DNA of 64,000 nucleotides from a virus: IMG/VR virus record IMGVR_UViG_3300045988_155520, positions 64,001 to 128,000 of that record; one strand, 5' to 3'. Shown piece by piece: positions 62,987 to 64,000 of this stretch (position 1 is its first letter; each line of letters starts with the position of its first letter). The notes under the pieces were generated by a model. It saw only the letters and a program-made list of their open reading frames with translations, ran no database searches and was not told where the DNA came from. The position numbers and the translations under genes were made by a program.

Positions 62987-64000
62987 TCATAGACTTTTGT
63001 ATTTGTAGTTATTCAAAATTTCCATGTATTCTAAATCTCTATTATAAAATTTAAAATCTTTCATATATCCAATAAAGCTACCAGCAAAATATTCTTCAAG
63101 TGGGTATACACGTGTTGGGTTAAGCATATAATTTTGCAATATTGTTTCACTTAATCCTTGTGTTCCACCACCTATAGATATATTATATGGTACGCCTTCC
63201 TGTTTTTCGTATAATTCATCTAATTTACGTAAATCTATTCTCGGTAATTCCTTTGTTATATAAACAAGTTTTCCATTTACATAGAAATATATTTTCATAC
63301 CACCAGAAGTACCGTAAATTTTAACGAATACACTACACCACTCACAGTTTGGAATTATGTTTGGATTAGAATACCCTTCAATTATCTTTGTTTTGTTTTC
63401 TCCGTTTATATCACAGTCCTTTGTGAGTATTCTATACCCAATAGACCCATCGTCCTTTATACGCAAAGCAAATGCGTTATTATATATGTCTTTGTAAGGA
63501 TTATGATTGTTAATATCTTTATTTCTGAGTGTATCAATATTATCTACCGTATATCCAGTACATGTTCTATTCATTAAAATGAATAAGTTACCTTTAAAAT
63601 TATTGTTTCGGTAAGTGAACATTACTTTATTTCCCTCTATCCAATTATTTGTTGTATAACCTGTACATGTTCTGTTGAAGAGTAGAAATTTATTATCACT
63701 CATTAAATATTTGTGATTTGCTTCTGAAAATTTAAATCCATTTTCTGTTTCGTATTCAAAATCTGAAATATTCATTTCTGGTTCTAAATAGTCGAAATCT
63801 TCTCCATCGTTTATATTATCTAAATCTTCTATATAATCATCACCGAATGGGTCATTATAATCATAATCAGGGTCTCTTTCTATATATTCTACTTTTTTAT
63901 GATTGTTATCATTAGTTTCTTCGGTGTCTTTTTCGTCATCTTTATTATTACAACACCACCCTTTTAATGTTTCATGAGGTTGATTTTCATCTATTAATTT
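62987..64000 (-). CDS. Fibre/receptor-binding protein C-terminus with a LamG/concanavalin-like jelly-roll motif; the frame is open to the window end
   Basis: FAGSFIGYMKDFKFYNRDLEYMEILNNY is the typical LamG-like terminal strand (F.G.id.vriynraLs..Ei). NRTCTGYT occurs twice. I checked all triplets from 63776 to 64000: there is no stop, and they encode an acidic linker (DPDYDYNDPFGDDYIEDLDNINDGEDFDYLEPE). The gene therefore probably starts beyond the window rather than at the ATG at 63775. Confidence 0.5.
   Translation of the reverse strand, partial: KLIDENQPHETLKGWCCNNKDDEKDTEETNDNNHKKVEYIERDPDYDYNDPFGDDYIEDLDNINDGEDFDYLEPEMNISDFEYETENGFKFSEANHKYLMSDNKFLLFNRTCTGYTTNNWIEGNKVMFTYRNNNFKGNLFILMNRTCTGYTVDNIDTLRNKDINNHNPYKDIYNNAFALRIKDDGSIGYRILTKDCDINGENKTKIIEGYSNPNIIPNCEWCSVFVKIYGTSGGMKIYFYVNGKLVYITKELPRIDLRKLDELYEKQEGVPYNISIGGGTQGLSETILQNYMLNPTRVYPLEEYFAGSFIGYMKDFKFYNRDLEYMEILNNYKYKSL

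Noticed and set aside
1-64000. A crAss-like podovirus assignment, suggested at first by low G+C, giant ORFs and Bacteroides-type promoters.
   Set aside because: Clear contractile-tail genes (sheath, tube, gp25-like, J-like, tape measure) and a T4-like replication set are present. I saw no crAss-type giant RNAP or podoviral tail signatures.
1-64000. Alternative genetic code / stop-codon reassignment, as seen in some gut phages.
   Set aside because: All recognised genes, including 2380-aa, 1992-aa and 1168-aa ORFs, are uninterrupted under the standard code. They end at positions consistent with terminators or the next start.
54706-64000. A diversity-generating retroelement or invertible shufflon acting on the fibre genes.
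   Set aside because: No reverse transcriptase, template/variable repeat pair, recombinase or flanking inverted repeats are visible in this window. The fibre N-terminal similarity is protein-level only.

Overview
Very AT-rich (about 30% G+C by eye) double-stranded DNA phage segment with no cellular backbone. It encodes a contractile-tail virion: sheath, tube, tape measure, gp25-like and J-like baseplate wedge proteins, a neck protein and several tail fibres. It also carries a distant T4-like replication and nucleotide-metabolism set: family B DNA polymerase, DnaB/gp41-like helicase, gp32-like SSB, UvsX/RecA-like ATPase, FEN/RNase H, SNF2 helicase, thymidine kinase and anaerobic RNR NrdD/NrdG. 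The host is probably an anaerobic member of the Bacteroidota. Support: six gene starts are preceded by the Bacteroides-type promoter TTTG-N19-21-TAnnTTTG, one fibre carries a Fibrobacter-succinogenes-paralogous (FISUMP) domain, and the RNR is class III. The window is rich in selfish elements: a mini-intein at the NrdD active-site cysteine, a helicase P-loop intein with LAGLIDADG motifs that lacks an N-terminal nucleophile and shows class-3 hallmarks, and two genes sharing a Vsr/DUF559-like nuclease core inserted in the tail module. Other notable items are two giant virion proteins (2380 aa with three predicted hydrolase domains; 1992 aa with an OmpA-like domain), a PARP-like ADP-ribosyltransferase candidate next to a kinase-like protein in the neck/tail block, a recurrent AT-rich motif upstream of structural genes, many intrinsic terminators, and a ~160-nt almost pure A/T tract inside a CDS. 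I found no tRNA, rRNA or CRISPR, and no sign of stop-codon reassignment. All homology statements rest on motif recognition by eye and need HMM or BLAST confirmation.
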